Of a DNA stretch of 64,000 nt, positions 36,645 to 48,506 are shown one piece after another (the first letter of the stretch is position 1; every line of letters starts with the position of its first letter). Made by a program: the position numbers and the translations under genes. Source of the DNA: Candidatus Multivorans sp. (GTDB lineage Bacteria; Acidobacteriota; Thermoanaerobaculia; Multivoradales; Multivoraceae); contig OZ245033.1 of NCBI GenBank assembly GCA_965224025.1, positions 4,448,001 through 4,512,000 of the forward strand, given 5' to 3'. Under the pieces are notes generated by a model. The model was not told where the DNA came from. It saw nothing but the letters and a program-made list of their open reading frames with translations, and ran no database searches.

Positions 36645-38219
36645 ATGAACCGCACCCCCTACCGCGTTCTCGCGGCAACGACCATGGTCATCGGACCGCT
36701 CGTCCTGCCGGCGACGGGCCTCGCCCGGAACCTGGACCAGCCCACCTTCGTGGACGACATTGCGCCCATCCTCCACGAGAACTGCGTCTCCTGCCATCAG
36801 CCGGATGAGATCGCGCCGATGGCGCTGCGGACCTACCGCGAGGCCCGACCGTGGGCGAAGTCCATCGCGCGCGCCGTCGAGAACCGCGAGATGCCCCCCT
36901 GGGACGCCGACCCCGGATTCGGCCCGTGGAAGAACGACATCTCCCTGAGCGCCACCGAGATCGCCGCGATCACGCGGTGGGTCGCTTCGGGCGCACCGCG
37001 GGGCGACGGCGATGAACCCGTCTACGAACAGCCCGCCGAGCAAGCCGAGTGGGCGTTCGGCGAACCGGACTGGGTCTACGAGTTCGACCCCTTCGATGTC
37101 GCCGCCGACGGCCCGGACGAGTTCGCCGTCATTCCAATCGCGCCCGGCTTCGACGAGGACCGCTGGATTCGTGCCGTGGAAGTCCAGCCCGGTGACCGCG
37201 AGGTGCTCCATCACTTCATCCTGTGGCGGGCATCCGAGGCCAGCACGGACGTCCAGGACGCCTGGATCGACGGTTGGGCCGCCGGCGCCGGGCCGACGGA
37301 ACTCCCGGCCGGCACCGCCCGCTTCCTGGCCAAGGGGCGCGGACTGCTCGGCGACTTCCACTACCACCCGAACGGCACCGCCTCGACCGACAAGACCCGC
37401 ATTGGCGTCTGGTTCGCCGAGCCCGAAGATGTCGAGAAGGAACTGATCAACCTTTGGGTGATGAACGCCACCTTCAAGATCCCGGCCGGCGACCCCAACT
37501 ACGAGGCGAGCGCAAGCCATGTCTTCTCGGAAGATGTCGTCGTCCGCTCCCTCGCGCCGCACATGCACTACCGCGGCAAGGACATGAGCTACACCGCCTA
37601 CCTGCCTGACGGCGAGGAGCGGGAGCTGCTCAGCGTCAGCCGGTTCGACTTCAACTGGCAAACCGGCTACGAGTTCGACGAGCCCCTGGCGCTTCCGGCC
37701 GGCACCCGCATCGAGGTTGTGGCCCATTGGGACAACTCGGAGGACAATCCGAACAACCCCGACCCGACGGTCAACGTCACCTGGGGAACCGAATCGACGG
37801 ACGAGATGCTGATCGGCTTCGTCGACTACGTGGCCGCGGAAGGCGTGAGCCCCCAGCCCGCCAGCGCGGTGATCGCCAAGCTGGCCGAGTTGGGGATGAC
37901 CGATCCGGGGCAGGCTTGGCGCTTCGACATCACCCGCCAACCAGGCCAGGGGCCCGAAGCGACCGCCATGCTCCTGCCCCGCGACGGCAGGCCGGGCGGC
38001 TGGTTCGTCCAGTTCGGCACCCTCGTGCTGCCGGCGCCGATCGTCGACATCGTCTGGGACGGCAACAACGTGACCGCCACCGCGGAGACGCCCGGCAACA
38101 CGATGCAACTCAAGGGTTCCATCCAGGAGGACGGCACGCTCCGGATGCACATGGGACCGGGCGAGATGATCGGTACGCCGGCCGAGAACGAGACGCCGTT
38201 CACCCTGGCGGGCCAGTGA
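36645..38219 (+). CDS. Cytochrome c + copper type II monooxygenase (PHM/DBH)-like secreted protein
   Basis: SD AAGGA; CVSCH, MPPW, VLHH, FHYH, PHMHYRGK, FNWQ and DEM. Confidence 0.85.
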   Translation: MNRTPYRVLAATTMVIGPLVLPATGLARNLDQPTFVDDIAPILHENCVSCHQPDEIAPMALRTYREARPWAKSIARAVENREMPPWDADPGFGPWKNDISLSATEIAAITRWVASGAPRGDGDEPVYEQPAEQAEWAFGEPDWVYEFDPFDVAADGPDEFAVIPIAPGFDEDRWIRAVEVQPGDREVLHHFILWRASEASTDVQDAWIDGWAAGAGPTELPAGTARFLAKGRGLLGDFHYHPNGTASTDKTRIGVWFAEPEDVEKELINLWVMNATFKIPAGDPNYEASASHVFSEDVVVRSLAPHMHYRGKDMSYTAYLPDGEERELLSVSRFDFNWQTGYEFDEPLALPAGTRIEVVAHWDNSEDNPNNPDPTVNVTWGTESTDEMLIGFVDYVAAEGVSPQPASAVIAKLAELGMTDPGQAWRFDITRQPGQGPEATAMLLPRDGRPGGWFVQFGTLVLPAPIVDIVWDGNNVTATAETPGNTMQLKGSIQEDGTLRMHMGPGEMIGTPAENETPFTLAGQ

Positions 38220-38868
38220 GAACAACCCGGTCCAGGAAGGCTGGGTCGGCGCCTGGGCCGCGGGTTTCGCGCCCCAGCACTTCCCGCCCGGCACCGGCCG
38301 CCTGTTGCCGAAGGGCCGCGACCTGATCGGCGACTTCCACTATCACCCGACCGGCGAGGCGGCGACCGACAGGACCCGCGTCGCCCTCTGGTTCGCGGAG
38401 CCGGAGGAAGTCGAGAGGGAGTTGGTCAATCTCTGGATCATGAACAGCACGTTCCACATCCCCGCCGGTGAAGCGGACTACCGGGCGCAGGCGACCCACG
38501 TCTTCGACCAGGACGTCGTGGTCCGCTCGCTAACGCCCCACATGCACTACCGCGGCAAGTCGATGACCTACACCGCCTTCCTGCCAAACGGCGAGCAGAG
38601 GGAGCTGCTGAGCGTCAGCCGCTACGACTTCAACTGGCAGACGTCCTACGACCTGGCCGAGCCGCTCCGGCTCCCCGCCGGCACGCGGATCGAGGTGCGG
38701 GCTTCGTTCGACAACTCGGCCGAGAACCCGTACAACCCGGACCCGACCGTGGACGTCACCTGGGGCGCCGAGTCGACCGACGAGATGCTGATCGGCTTCA
38801 TCGACTACGTCGCCGCCGACAGCGGCGCCGCCAAGGCGGCGACCCCGGCGGGCCCCGCCGGGCAGTGA
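38206..38868 (+). pseudogene. 5'-truncated paralog of the upstream monooxygenase-like gene
   Basis: The frame reads WRASENNPVQEGW...FHYH...PHMHYRGK...DEMLIGF; the CxxCH N-terminal half is missing. Confidence 0.75.
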
Positions 38869-39872
38869 GCCCTTCGCCGGCCTCTGTCGTCGCGCTTCTG
38901 GTCGCGGTGACGACGCTCGGCTGTGGCGCGAACGAGGCAGCTCCGGCCGGCGACGTGACCGAGACGCCACCGCCGGAAGCGGCGCCGGAGTTCACCACCC
39001 CGATCGTCTTCCAGCGATTCGCGAACACCGGCGCCACGCCCACCGTCCCCGGCTTCTACGGCGGCGCCGACATCTGGATCATGGAGGGAGACGGCAGCGG
39101 AGTTCGTCTGGTGCGCAAGGGCGTTCCGCAGCACCTGGACCACCCCTCGTTGACCTTCGACCTCGAGAGCGTGGTCTACGCCGAGTTCACCGACGCCGAC
39201 GCCGGCGTCGAGGCCGGCGCCCGCATCTTCCGCGAGGATCTGTCGACCGGCGAGCGCGAGGTGCTGCGCGAGGTCGAGGGCTGCGCCGTGCACCACGCGA
39301 GCATCTCGCCGATCACCCGGCAGCTCACCTACACGCGGAACTGTCCTGACGGCGACGGCTTCAACAAGGGGCTGATCACCGAGTTCGGCGACCGACGCCA
39401 GCTCGATGCCGCGAACACGACAGCGCTCGACGTCGGCAACGGCGTCGGTCTCCAGCGCGCCATCGTGTTCCAGGCCGAGAGCGAGCCCGAGAACGGCGAG
39501 CGACGGATGGAGATCGCGATCATCCGCTTCGACGGCTACGGCCAGGGCACCTACACCGCGCTCACCGACCGCGAGCACCGCCATCGTCGACCCGCCGTGT
39601 CACCCGACGGCCGGACGATCGCCTGGCAAACGAACCGGACCGGACCGACGGACGACATCTTCCTGGCCGACATCAACGGCTCGAACCAGCAGCGCCTGAC
39701 CATGTCCGACGCCAACGACGGCCACCCGTACTTCTCCCGCGACGGCCGCTGGATCGTCTTCGAGTCGGACCGCTCCGGGAACTGGGAGATCTGGAAAATC
39801 GAGATCGAGACAGGCGAGGTCGTGCAACTGACGGACGACCCGGCCTACGTCAGCACGCGGCCGCGCTGGTGA
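38865..39872 (+). CDS. TolB-like/PD40 beta-propeller lipoprotein
   Basis: Lipobox TLGC; PAVSPDGRTIAW, PYFSRDGRWIVFESDRSGNWEIW and C-terminal PRW. Confidence 0.85.
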   Translation: MSPSPASVVALLVAVTTLGCGANEAAPAGDVTETPPPEAAPEFTTPIVFQRFANTGATPTVPGFYGGADIWIMEGDGSGVRLVRKGVPQHLDHPSLTFDLESVVYAEFTDADAGVEAGARIFREDLSTGEREVLREVEGCAVHHASISPITRQLTYTRNCPDGDGFNKGLITEFGDRRQLDAANTTALDVGNGVGLQRAIVFQAESEPENGERRMEIAIIRFDGYGQGTYTALTDREHRHRRPAVSPDGRTIAWQTNRTGPTDDIFLADINGSNQQRLTMSDANDGHPYFSRDGRWIVFESDRSGNWEIWKIEIETGEVVQLTDDPAYVSTRPRW

Positions 39873-40025
39873 AACGAAGAGGACGGTTCCACACGCTGTC
39901 AGCAAGTCGGGGCGTGCTCCAGTTTCGGAGGCCGTCGACTTCGGTAACGTAGCGGGCGAGAGTCGCGTCGTGAGCCGAGCCCCTACACGAAGCGTCGCCC
40001 GGCAGGACGCGGGAGCGGTGGTGCT

Positions 40026-43000
40026 ATGAGCGCTGACTCCAAGGGCCGCGACCTTTTCATCGTCGACAACAGCGTCTCCGGCTGGACCGGGCTCCGCTAC
40101 CTACAGGAGTGGTCCGGTATCGCGAAGGCGTTCGACATCGCGACTGGCTACTTCGAGATCGGCGCTCTCCTCGCCCTCGACGGCAAGTGGCAGGGACTCG
40201 ACAAGATCCGGATCCTGATGGGCGCCGAGACCACCCATCGGACGCGACAGGCACTCCTTGAGGCCGTCCGCAAGCAGAGGCTCTGCGGCGACTCGATGAG
40301 AGCATCGAGGAAGACAAGCTGCCCAACCCGTTCCTGCGCGGGACTCCGGCAATCGTCGACGCTCTCCGCTCAGGCCAAATCGAGTGCCGTGTCTACGACC
40401 AAGCCAAGTTCCACGCCAAGGCGTACATCACTCACGCTAAGTTCGAGGTCATGGGTGCCCAGGCGTTGGTGGGTTCCAGCAACTTCACGCGCCCCGGCCT
40501 CGGCAAGAACGTCGAGCTGAACGTTCAGGTTCAGAGCGCCCGTGAGGTCGCTCAGCTCCAGGAGTGGTTCGAGACGCACTGGAACGAGGCGCGAGAGGTC
40601 ACCGACGACGTTGTCCAAACTATCTCCCGCCATACCCGCCTCTACTCGCCGTTTGACGTCTACGCGAAGGCTCTGCAGCAGTACTTTCGGGGGCACGAAC
40701 TGACCGAAGCCGAGTGGGAACAGTCACGATCACGGGTGTTCCAGCAACTCGACCGCTACCAGAAAGAGGCCTACTGGGCCCTGATGAAGATCGCACGGCA
40801 GCACGGCGGCGCGTTCCTCTGCGACGGCGTCGGTCTCGGTAAGACGTTCGTCGGCCTGATGTTGATCGAGCGGCTCATCTTGCACGAGGGTAAGAGGGTA
40901 GTGCTGTTCGCACCCAAGGCCACGAAGGAGGGTGTTTGGGAGCCCCACTTACGCCGCTGGCTTGATCACGTTGGCGGCTTCGGCGGCGGCGAAGACTTCA
41001 GCAACCTGGCCGTCTTCAGTCACACCGACCTCGGCAGAAAGGGCGACTTCCCGACGCGATTCGAACGGATCACGGAACTTGCCGATGTCGTGGTCATCGA
41101 CGAGGCCCACCACTTCCGCAACCCGGGCCGCCGAGGGGATCCCGAGAAGGGTATCGAGCCATCGCGCTACTACCAGCTATTCAACCTCCTCGACAACGAG
41201 GAACGCGCCAAGACGGTGTTCATGTTGACGGCGACGCCCATCAACAATCGACTGAGTGACTTCCGCCACATGACCGAGCTCTTCAGCCGCCGCGAAGAGG
41301 CCTACTTCGCACGCACGCTTGGCGTCAACCACCTGCGGGCGCACTTCAACCAGATGGAGAAAACGCTCCGCGGTCGACTCGGTCATGACGCCGCGGACGC
41401 CGCCGATCACATGACCGAGGCCCAGGACATCCTCTTCACTGACGCCTTCTTCCGCGAGCTCGTCGTCCAGAGGAGCCGCGCGTACGCGAAAGCAAGCCAG
41501 AAGCAAGAACGCGATGAACCAGCCACTTTCCCCGACCGGCAGGCGCCCCAGGTAGCGGAGTACTCGATCCGCACGACTTACGGGCAGATGCTCGACCTCT
41601 TCGAGAAGGCGTTCGCGAAACAGAACCCACTCTTCACGCTACCGATGTACTACCCACTGCATTGGTACAGGGGGGCCGACGCCAACATCGATCCGTTCGA
41701 GGAGAACCGCCAGAAGCAGGTCGTAGGACTCATCCGGACCAACTTCCTCAAGCGCTTCGAGAGCTCGGTCGCTGCCTTCGAGCTCTCCTGCGAACGCCTG
41801 CTCCAGAAGCTGCTCGCTTTCCTCGAGGTACACAGCGAGACCGACTCCGAGAGGAACAGCCTCGAGCGCTGGAAGGCGCAGCACGCGGACGACCTCGGCC
41901 ACAGCCAGCGGCAGCGGCAGCTCTGGGGCGATTCCGACGAAGCGGACGATGAAGACGTTGTGCCCCAGGAGCTGCTCGACGCGGTCGAAGGCCTCGAGCG
42001 GACGGAGTACAACGTCGAAGAGATACTGACCGAGACCTTCATCGACCTCGGAGAGATCGTGAAGTTCCTGAACGAGGCCCGCCGATTCGAGCCGAAGCAC
42101 GACGACAAGTTGAAGAAGCTCATCCGCCTGCTGAAGTCGAAGGAACTCGCCGACCAAAGGTCCTGATCTTCACCGAGTTCGCCGACACGGCCCGCTACCT
42201 CAAACGCCACTTGGACCAAGCTGGCATTGAGGGCGTCGAGCAAGTGGACAGCGCCACTAAGAAGAACCGCTCAGAAGTCATCCAGAACTTCGCGCCCTAC
42301 TACAACGGCCTCTCTTCCCCCGAGCTCGCCGAACAGCGCCGCCAAGAGACCCGGGTCCTCATCTCCACGGACGTCCTTTCCGAAGGTCTCAACCTCCAGG
42401 ACGCCTCCCGGATGATCAACTACGACATCCACTGGAACCCCGTCCGCCTGATGCAACGCATCGGCCGAGTAGACAGGCGCATGGACCCGGTTGTCGAAGA
42501 CCGGCTCGTGGCCGACCATCCCGAGGCAGGCGCGTCGCGGGGAAGGGTCTGCTTCTGGAACTTCCTCCCACCCGCGGAACTCAACGAGATCCTCTCGCTC
42601 TACAAACGGGTTACGCAGAAGACCCTGCTGATCTCCAAGACCCTCGGCATCGAGGGGAAGAAGCTCCTCACGCCGGACGATGACTACGACGCGCTGAAGG
42701 AGTTCAACCACGCCTACGAAGGCTCTCGAACTGCTGTCGAGGACATGCACCTCGAGTATCAGGAACTGCTCCAAGCCGACCCTGAGTTGGATGCGCGTCT
42801 GGCTCGCTTCCCCGGAGCGATCTTCAGCGGCCGCAGGCGCCCGGCGAAGGGTGTGCGGGGCGTCTTCTTCTGTTACGCGCTCCCCGCCCTCGACAAGGAG
42901 AAGAACGAGTTCACGCAGGAGGCCGGTACCACGGACTGGTACCTCTACGACCTCGACCGCGAGAACATCCTGGACGAACCGCGGGACATTGTGGCGAGTA

Positions 43001-43170
43001 TCCGCTCGAAAGTCCGGACGAAGCGCCGGTGCACCACGGAAGAGAAGACGCTCCTGGACATGCGCAGACGGGTCGAGAGGCACATCAAGAACGGCTACCT
43101 GAAGCGCCGGGACGCCCCCGCTGGTGTCAAGCCACGCCTTCACTGCTGGATGGAACTCAACGAGGATTGA
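40026..43170 (+). CDS. PLD-domain + SNF2-like helicase (defence-associated), two frameshifts
   Basis: DIATGYF, HAKAY...GSSNFT (PLD), DGVGLGKT, DEAHHFRN, TATPINN, STDVLSEGLNLQ and QRIGRVDR. Frame changes near 40275 and 42158. Confidence 0.85.
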
Positions 43171-43174
43171 GTCG

Positions 43175-46100
43175 ATGCTGACCAACCACCGCGAACGCCT
43201 CGCCGGTATCCGGCGGTTCGACCAACTCGTCCGCTATCTCCGAAAGGACCTAGGCTGGCCCATCGTCTCGGACGACTTCCAGGCTCTTCCAGACGACCTG
43301 ACATTTGACTACACGGCGGAGGAGCTCGGGATCGATGCGAAGAACGCCGCAAAGATCCAGGAGATCAAACGTCTGCGCCCGCTCGTGGTCGGCCAACCCT
43401 GGGGCGTGTTCTTCGTCAAGTTCGCACCAAAACGCCTGCCCGTCGTAGCGCTTCGGCGGATCCTCCGACAAGTGGCGCAAAGGAGCCGTCCCTCGGCCAA
43501 CACGCCCGAGCGCCAAATGTGGGCAGCCGACGACCTGCTCTTCGTCTCGAACTACGGCGCGGGGGACGCGCGGCAGATCGCCTTCGCCCACTTCTCGGAG
43601 CCAAAGAGCCGACGCGACCTGCCCACACTTAAGGTCCTCGGCTGGGACAACTTGGATACTGGGCTTCACCTTGATGCCGTCGCTCGCGCTCTACGCAACC
43701 ACTTGACCTGGCCCGAGGACGAGGGCGACGCCGAAGCCTGGCGCGCCCAGTGGCGCACCGCCTTCGCACTTCGCCACCGTGAAGTCATCACGACCTCGCA
43801 GGAGCTCTCCCAGCGACTCGCAGAACTGGCCCGGGCAATCCGGGACCGCGCCACGACGGCGCTCTCGATCGAGAGTGAGTCAGGACCGCTCACCCAGCTT
43901 ATGGAGGCGTTCCGAGCTGCTCTCGTTCACGACCTGGACCGGGCTGGCTTCGCCGACATGTACGCCCAGACCATCGCCTACGGCCTGCTCTCCGCCCGCA
44001 TCACCGACCCCGAACGACCCACCGCAGACGACTTCGCTTCCCACATGAGGACCAACCCGTTTCTGCGAGAACTGCTGACGTCCTTTCTCCGCGCGGGGGG
44101 ACGGCGCGACACCGCCGGCGGCTACGGCCTCGACTTCGACGAACTGGGCGTTTCTGAGGTGGTGGAACTCCTCGACGAAGCGAAGATCGAAGCTGTGCTA
44201 CGAGACTTCGGCGACAGGAATCCTCAAGAAGACCCGGTCATCCACTTCTACGAGCACTTCCTCGCCTCCTACGACAAGGAGCAGAAGGTAAAGCGCGGCG
44301 TCTTCTACACGCCGCGCCCCGTCGTCTCCTACATCGCGCGCTCGGTGCACGAACTCCTGCGCACGGAGTTCGGCCTCGCGGACGGCCTCGCCGACACCAC
44401 CACATGGGGCGAGATGGCCGAACGCCACGAGGGCCTGGAGATCCCTAACGGCACACCGCCGAATCAGGCTTTCGTTCAGATCCTCGACCCAGCCACCGGC
44501 ACCGGCACGTTCCTCGTCGAGACGATCGACCTGATCCACAAGACAATGGCCGACAGGTGGAAGGCTCAAGGGCACGGTCCGAGGGCCATCGAGAGCTCTT
44601 GGAGCAAGTACGTCCCCGAACACCTCCTGCCCCGGCTGCACGGCTACGAGCTCCTCATGGCACCGTACGCCATTTCCCACCTCAAGATCGGCCTAAAGCT
44701 CCGGGAGACCGGCTACCGATTCGAGAAGGCCGTGCGTGCGCAGGTCTACCTGACGAACGCGCTGGAGCCGCCGGCGCATGCTCAGATCCCTATCGGCTTT
44801 CTGCCAGCGCTGGCCCATGAGGCCGCCGCCGTCCGCGACGTCAAGCGTCTGCGGCAATTCACGGCAATCATCGGGAATCCACCCTACGCCCAATACAGCT
44901 CGAATCTCCAGGACTTCGCCAAAGACCACATCGAAAGATTCAGGTACACCGGGGGAATCCGGACTCGCGCCCGCAACCCTCTCCAACTTGAGCGCAACCT
45001 GAACGACGACTACGTCAAGTTTCTTGGGTTCTCCGCGAGCGCCCTTCAAAGCGCGCCCGGCGTTCTCGGCTTCATCACCAACAGAATGTTCTTGGAGTCC
45101 GAGTCGCTCGTCGGCCTGCGAGAGTGGGTCAGTACACACTTCCGGAGCGCCTTCTTCCTGGATCTTCGCGGCAGCAGCGAGGAATCTCGTCGCGTTCCGC
45201 GACTAGCGGACGATCAGAATGTCTTCGAGATCCGGCAGGGCGTTGCTGTCTCTTTGCTAGTCAGCAGAGCTGGCATCGAGTCCGCCAGAGGCGCCACTGA
45301 CGAACCCGCCACGTTCGCCAGCGAGCCGTCGGTCCTGTCTCGCACAAGTACCAAGCCCTCGCCAACAGCCTCGGCGTCCGTCATTCCGGCTGGACGAAGC
45401 TCGCGCCGAGAGCACCGACGTGGCGACTGGACCTGGACGGTGAAGTTCCCGCAGCATCAGAGGCGAGCGCCAAGAGCCGCCTCCGCGCCTTCTCTCTCGA
45501 CCGTGTGTTCCGGGAGTTTTCGACTCTTGTAGCCAGCAACCGAGACCACTTGGTGGTTGCTTTCGACCGTGCCGAGGTGCTCGCCAACGCTACCAGCGTG
45601 CAGGCCTTTAGGGGAACTGACAAGGAACTATGTGACCATTTTTCTATTACTGCCAAGAAAGGTTGGAACATCGCGGCGGCTCGGCAGAAGCTCGCGGAAG
45701 TCGAGTCGATAGACGAATACGTCCAGGAGATCGAGTACCGCCCCTTCGATCGGCGCTTCATCTTCTTCCATCCAAGTCTGGTCTGGCAAACGGCACCTGT
45801 GTGCTCGCGGAACGTATCGGAGCGGACGAACAACCGTCTGCTGATTTCTCTAGGGAAGAACAGGGCAGACACGGCCAACGGCCAGTGGGTTAGCGGTGGC
45901 CTAGCGGACAAGAGTGTGGTCACGACGCGCGACAACGCGTCGGGGTTCCCCTTGTACCTGTACGCCGACAAGGGCAGTCGGGCGGTCCTGGACTTGGCGG
46001 ATACGAAGGACGAAGCGTGGCCCAACTTCCGGCGGGAGTTTATCGAGGGGATCTGCAGTGAGTTGGATCTGCCACCGGACGGCCCCTTCGGGCTGCCAAC

Positions 46101-47193
46101 TGGCATTCTCCCAGAGGACATCCTTCACTTCATCTACGCCTTGTTGCAGGCGCCGAGCTACCGGACGTACTGGCACCGCGAACTGGTTACAGGGTTTCCG
46201 CTCGTACCACTGCCGCCATCCCACGGACTCTTCAGGGACTTGGCACAGCGGGGATCGAGCTTGGCGGCCCTACACCTGCTCGCGTCCCCGAAGCTCGCCG
46301 ACACAACTACGGACTATGCCGGCCCCAGAGCCCCCGAGGTCGACCAGGTCGGCTGGTGTGAGGGCACAGTCTGGCTCGACGCTCTGAAGACCCTCGCCCG
46401 CAAGGGGCACCGAGCCACACAGGCCGGCACGATCGGCTTCCACGGAGTGCCCGAGGAAGTCTGGGATTTCCACATCGGCGGCTATCAGGTCTGCCACAAG
46501 TGGCTCAAGGACCGGAAGGGACGCACGCTCTCGGACGAGGACATCGCCCACTACCAGAGGATCGTCGTCGCCCTGAACGAGACGATCCAGATCATGGCGG
46601 AGATCGACAAGGTCATCGAGGACCACGGCGGTTGGCCCACAGCCTTCGAGCCCCGGTCGGCAACAGGCACAGATGCAGCGGAAGTGACGAAGGTCTTGCC
46701 GTTCCAGCCACGGAAAGTCGAGCCAGCGCCCGAGGACCGCTACGTCACCTGCGTGCCGCTCGTGCCGCTCGAGGCGGCAGCCGGCAGCTTCAGTGCCCAG
46801 CAGCTCGTCGAGGAGGACGCCGGATTCGAGTGGGCTGAAGTGCGGTCGCGCCACAGGTTGCGCCCAGGTATGTTCGTAGCCCAGGTCGTCGGCAGGTCTA
46901 TGGAGCCCACCGTCCCCGACGGCTCCTGGTGCCTTTTCCGGGGGCCCGTGGAGGGTTCCCGGCAGGGCAAGACCGTGTTGGTCCAACTTCGCGACGCCAC
47001 CGACCCGGAGACGGGGCAGCACTACACCGTCAAGAGCTACAGAAGCGAGAAAGCGAAGCGCGGCGAGTCCTGGCGCCACGAGAGGATCACCCTTGAACCC
47101 GCCAACCCGGAGTTCGAGTCGATCGTGCTCTTGGGTGCGGAGGAAGACGAACTGCAGGTCATCGCGGAACTGGTAGAGGTGCTGACGGACTGA
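43175..47193 (+). CDS. N6-adenine DNA methyltransferase with Type ISP-like TRD and C-terminal S24 peptidase; frameshift at about 45300-45345
   Basis: [54 protein letters not shown]; then AAAG...GRSMEP...TVK. Confidence 0.85.
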
Positions 47194-47258
47194 CCCGCGG
47201 TACCGTGCCGCCGACACTTGGCTTGCATCTCCGCCCCCAGCACCTGAATCCATGGCGG

Positions 47259-47537
47259 TCAGTTCACGCCAACGCGAATCTCCCCGACAAGGGCGATAAG
47301 AGCGGCTGCCAAGCCAGCGGCGTCAGCAGGAGAAAGCTCAAAGCCGATTCCAGGGTCAGTATCGCTGGAAGGCTGAACAACCTGTGCAGGTCTACCGGCT
47401 GCCACCCGCCGCTGCAGATCGCGAGCAAACTGCTCAGCTTGGTTGAGTTCAAACACCACGTCAACGACCTCCCCGGTCTCCGGGTCCGACAGTTCTAGGC
47501 GCGCACGTTGTCCGTCGCGGTAGAGCGCAGGCTTCAC
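47259..47537 (-). CDS. Hypothetical protein
   Basis: GTGA overlap with the upstream ORF; no recognisable motif. Confidence 0.4.
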   Translation of the reverse strand: MKPALYRDGQRARLELSDPETGEVVDVVFELNQAEQFARDLQRRVAAGRPAQVVQPSSDTDPGIGFELSPADAAGLAAALIALVGEIRVGVN

Positions 47538-48187
47538 GGGTCTAGCATCCTGGCGTTGGCGACCATCGCCACCGCGTGCTCATCGCAAGTGACGGCTTGG
47601 TCTGTGCTTCGGTACTCCGCGAGCACCTGCTCTCGGACACGCCAACGGTCCTGAGCGTAGAACCGCGCTGAGCCCCTGAGCGCGTTCACGAGGTCGTTCG
47701 GCAACCCGGCGCACTCGGTCCCGCGATCAGGCGCGTAGGCCCAAGCCAAATCCTCGGCCCACTTCGAGCATGGAACACGGATTCCCCGGTTTGCTGCTGT
47801 ACGAAAGTCGTCGACGATCCGTTCTCTGTACTCCTCTCGGCTCGGGGCCCGCACTGCCAGGCGCCGGTAGCCGCCCACAGCCCCTGGCACAGGCAGGTTG
47901 ACGTCCAGCGCACCGAGGATCTGGCCAGCGATGGCTTGGCCCAACATCCGGTTCTGGGCGTGCTGTGCGAGTAGCTGTTCTTGGTTGACGATGGCGAAGC
48001 CATGACGCAGGACATCGATCGTCTGCGCGGACACGGCGGCGCAATCGTCAAGGCTGTTCGCGACCCGGTGTTCCTTCCGCTCGGCTATCCGCTGCTGGGC
48101 CCGCTCCAAGCCCGCGCGCGCCTGTGCCTCCGCGAGACCAGCGCAGACGAACGACGCGATCGCTGCTACGACGATGATCCTCCCCAT
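47534..48187 (-). CDS. Hypothetical secreted protein
   Basis: SD GAGGGG; signal peptide ending in AEA; several Cys residues. Confidence 0.6.
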   Translation of the reverse strand: MGRIIVVAAIASFVCAGLAEAQARAGLERAQQRIAERKEHRVANSLDDCAAVSAQTIDVLRHGFAIVNQEQLLAQHAQNRMLGQAIAGQILGALDVNLPVPGAVGGYRRLAVRAPSREEYRERIVDDFRTAANRGIRVPCSKWAEDLAWAYAPDRGTECAGLPNDLVNALRGSARFYAQDRWRVREQVLAEYRSTDQAVTCDEHAVAMVANARMLDP

Positions 48188-48236
48188 GGCAGTCCCCTCT
48201 CAGACCTTCTAGTGCACTGAATGCCATGATGCGCGC

Positions 48237-48464
48237 ATGCGCATCACGGTGACCATAGACGATGACGTACCGGCGGTGGCCAAAGTGCTGGGCGCGCGAA
48301 AGGGCTGCAGCCTGGGCAGCGCTCCGTCGGAACTTGCTCGGGACGGATTCAGGAGCGCCAGCCCCTTCCAAAAGGACGAAGACGCTACCGTCTTCGCCAT
48401 CCCCATCGATGCGGAGACCATCGCCAACGAGGACGTGTACCGATCACTAGTCGACTGGCCGTAG
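48237..48464 (+). CDS. VapB/CopG-like antitoxin (probably degenerate)
   Basis: MRITVTIDDDV...SLGSA.SELAR, an RHH-type pattern. Confidence 0.7.
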   Translation: MRITVTIDDDVPAVAKVLGARKGCSLGSAPSELARDGFRSASPFQKDEDATVFAIPIDAETIANEDVYRSLVDWP

Positions 48465-48470
48465 AACGAG

Positions 48471-48506
48471 CTGCTGGACGTGAACGTCCTCATCGAGCTC
48501 CCCTAG
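48471..48506 (+). pseudogene. VapC/PIN N-terminal remnant
   Basis: LLDVNVLI followed by a stop, directly after the antitoxin. Confidence 0.55.

Noticed and set aside
40026-47193. Phase variation of the R-M-like genes
   Set aside because: There are no long simple-sequence repeats at the frameshift sites.
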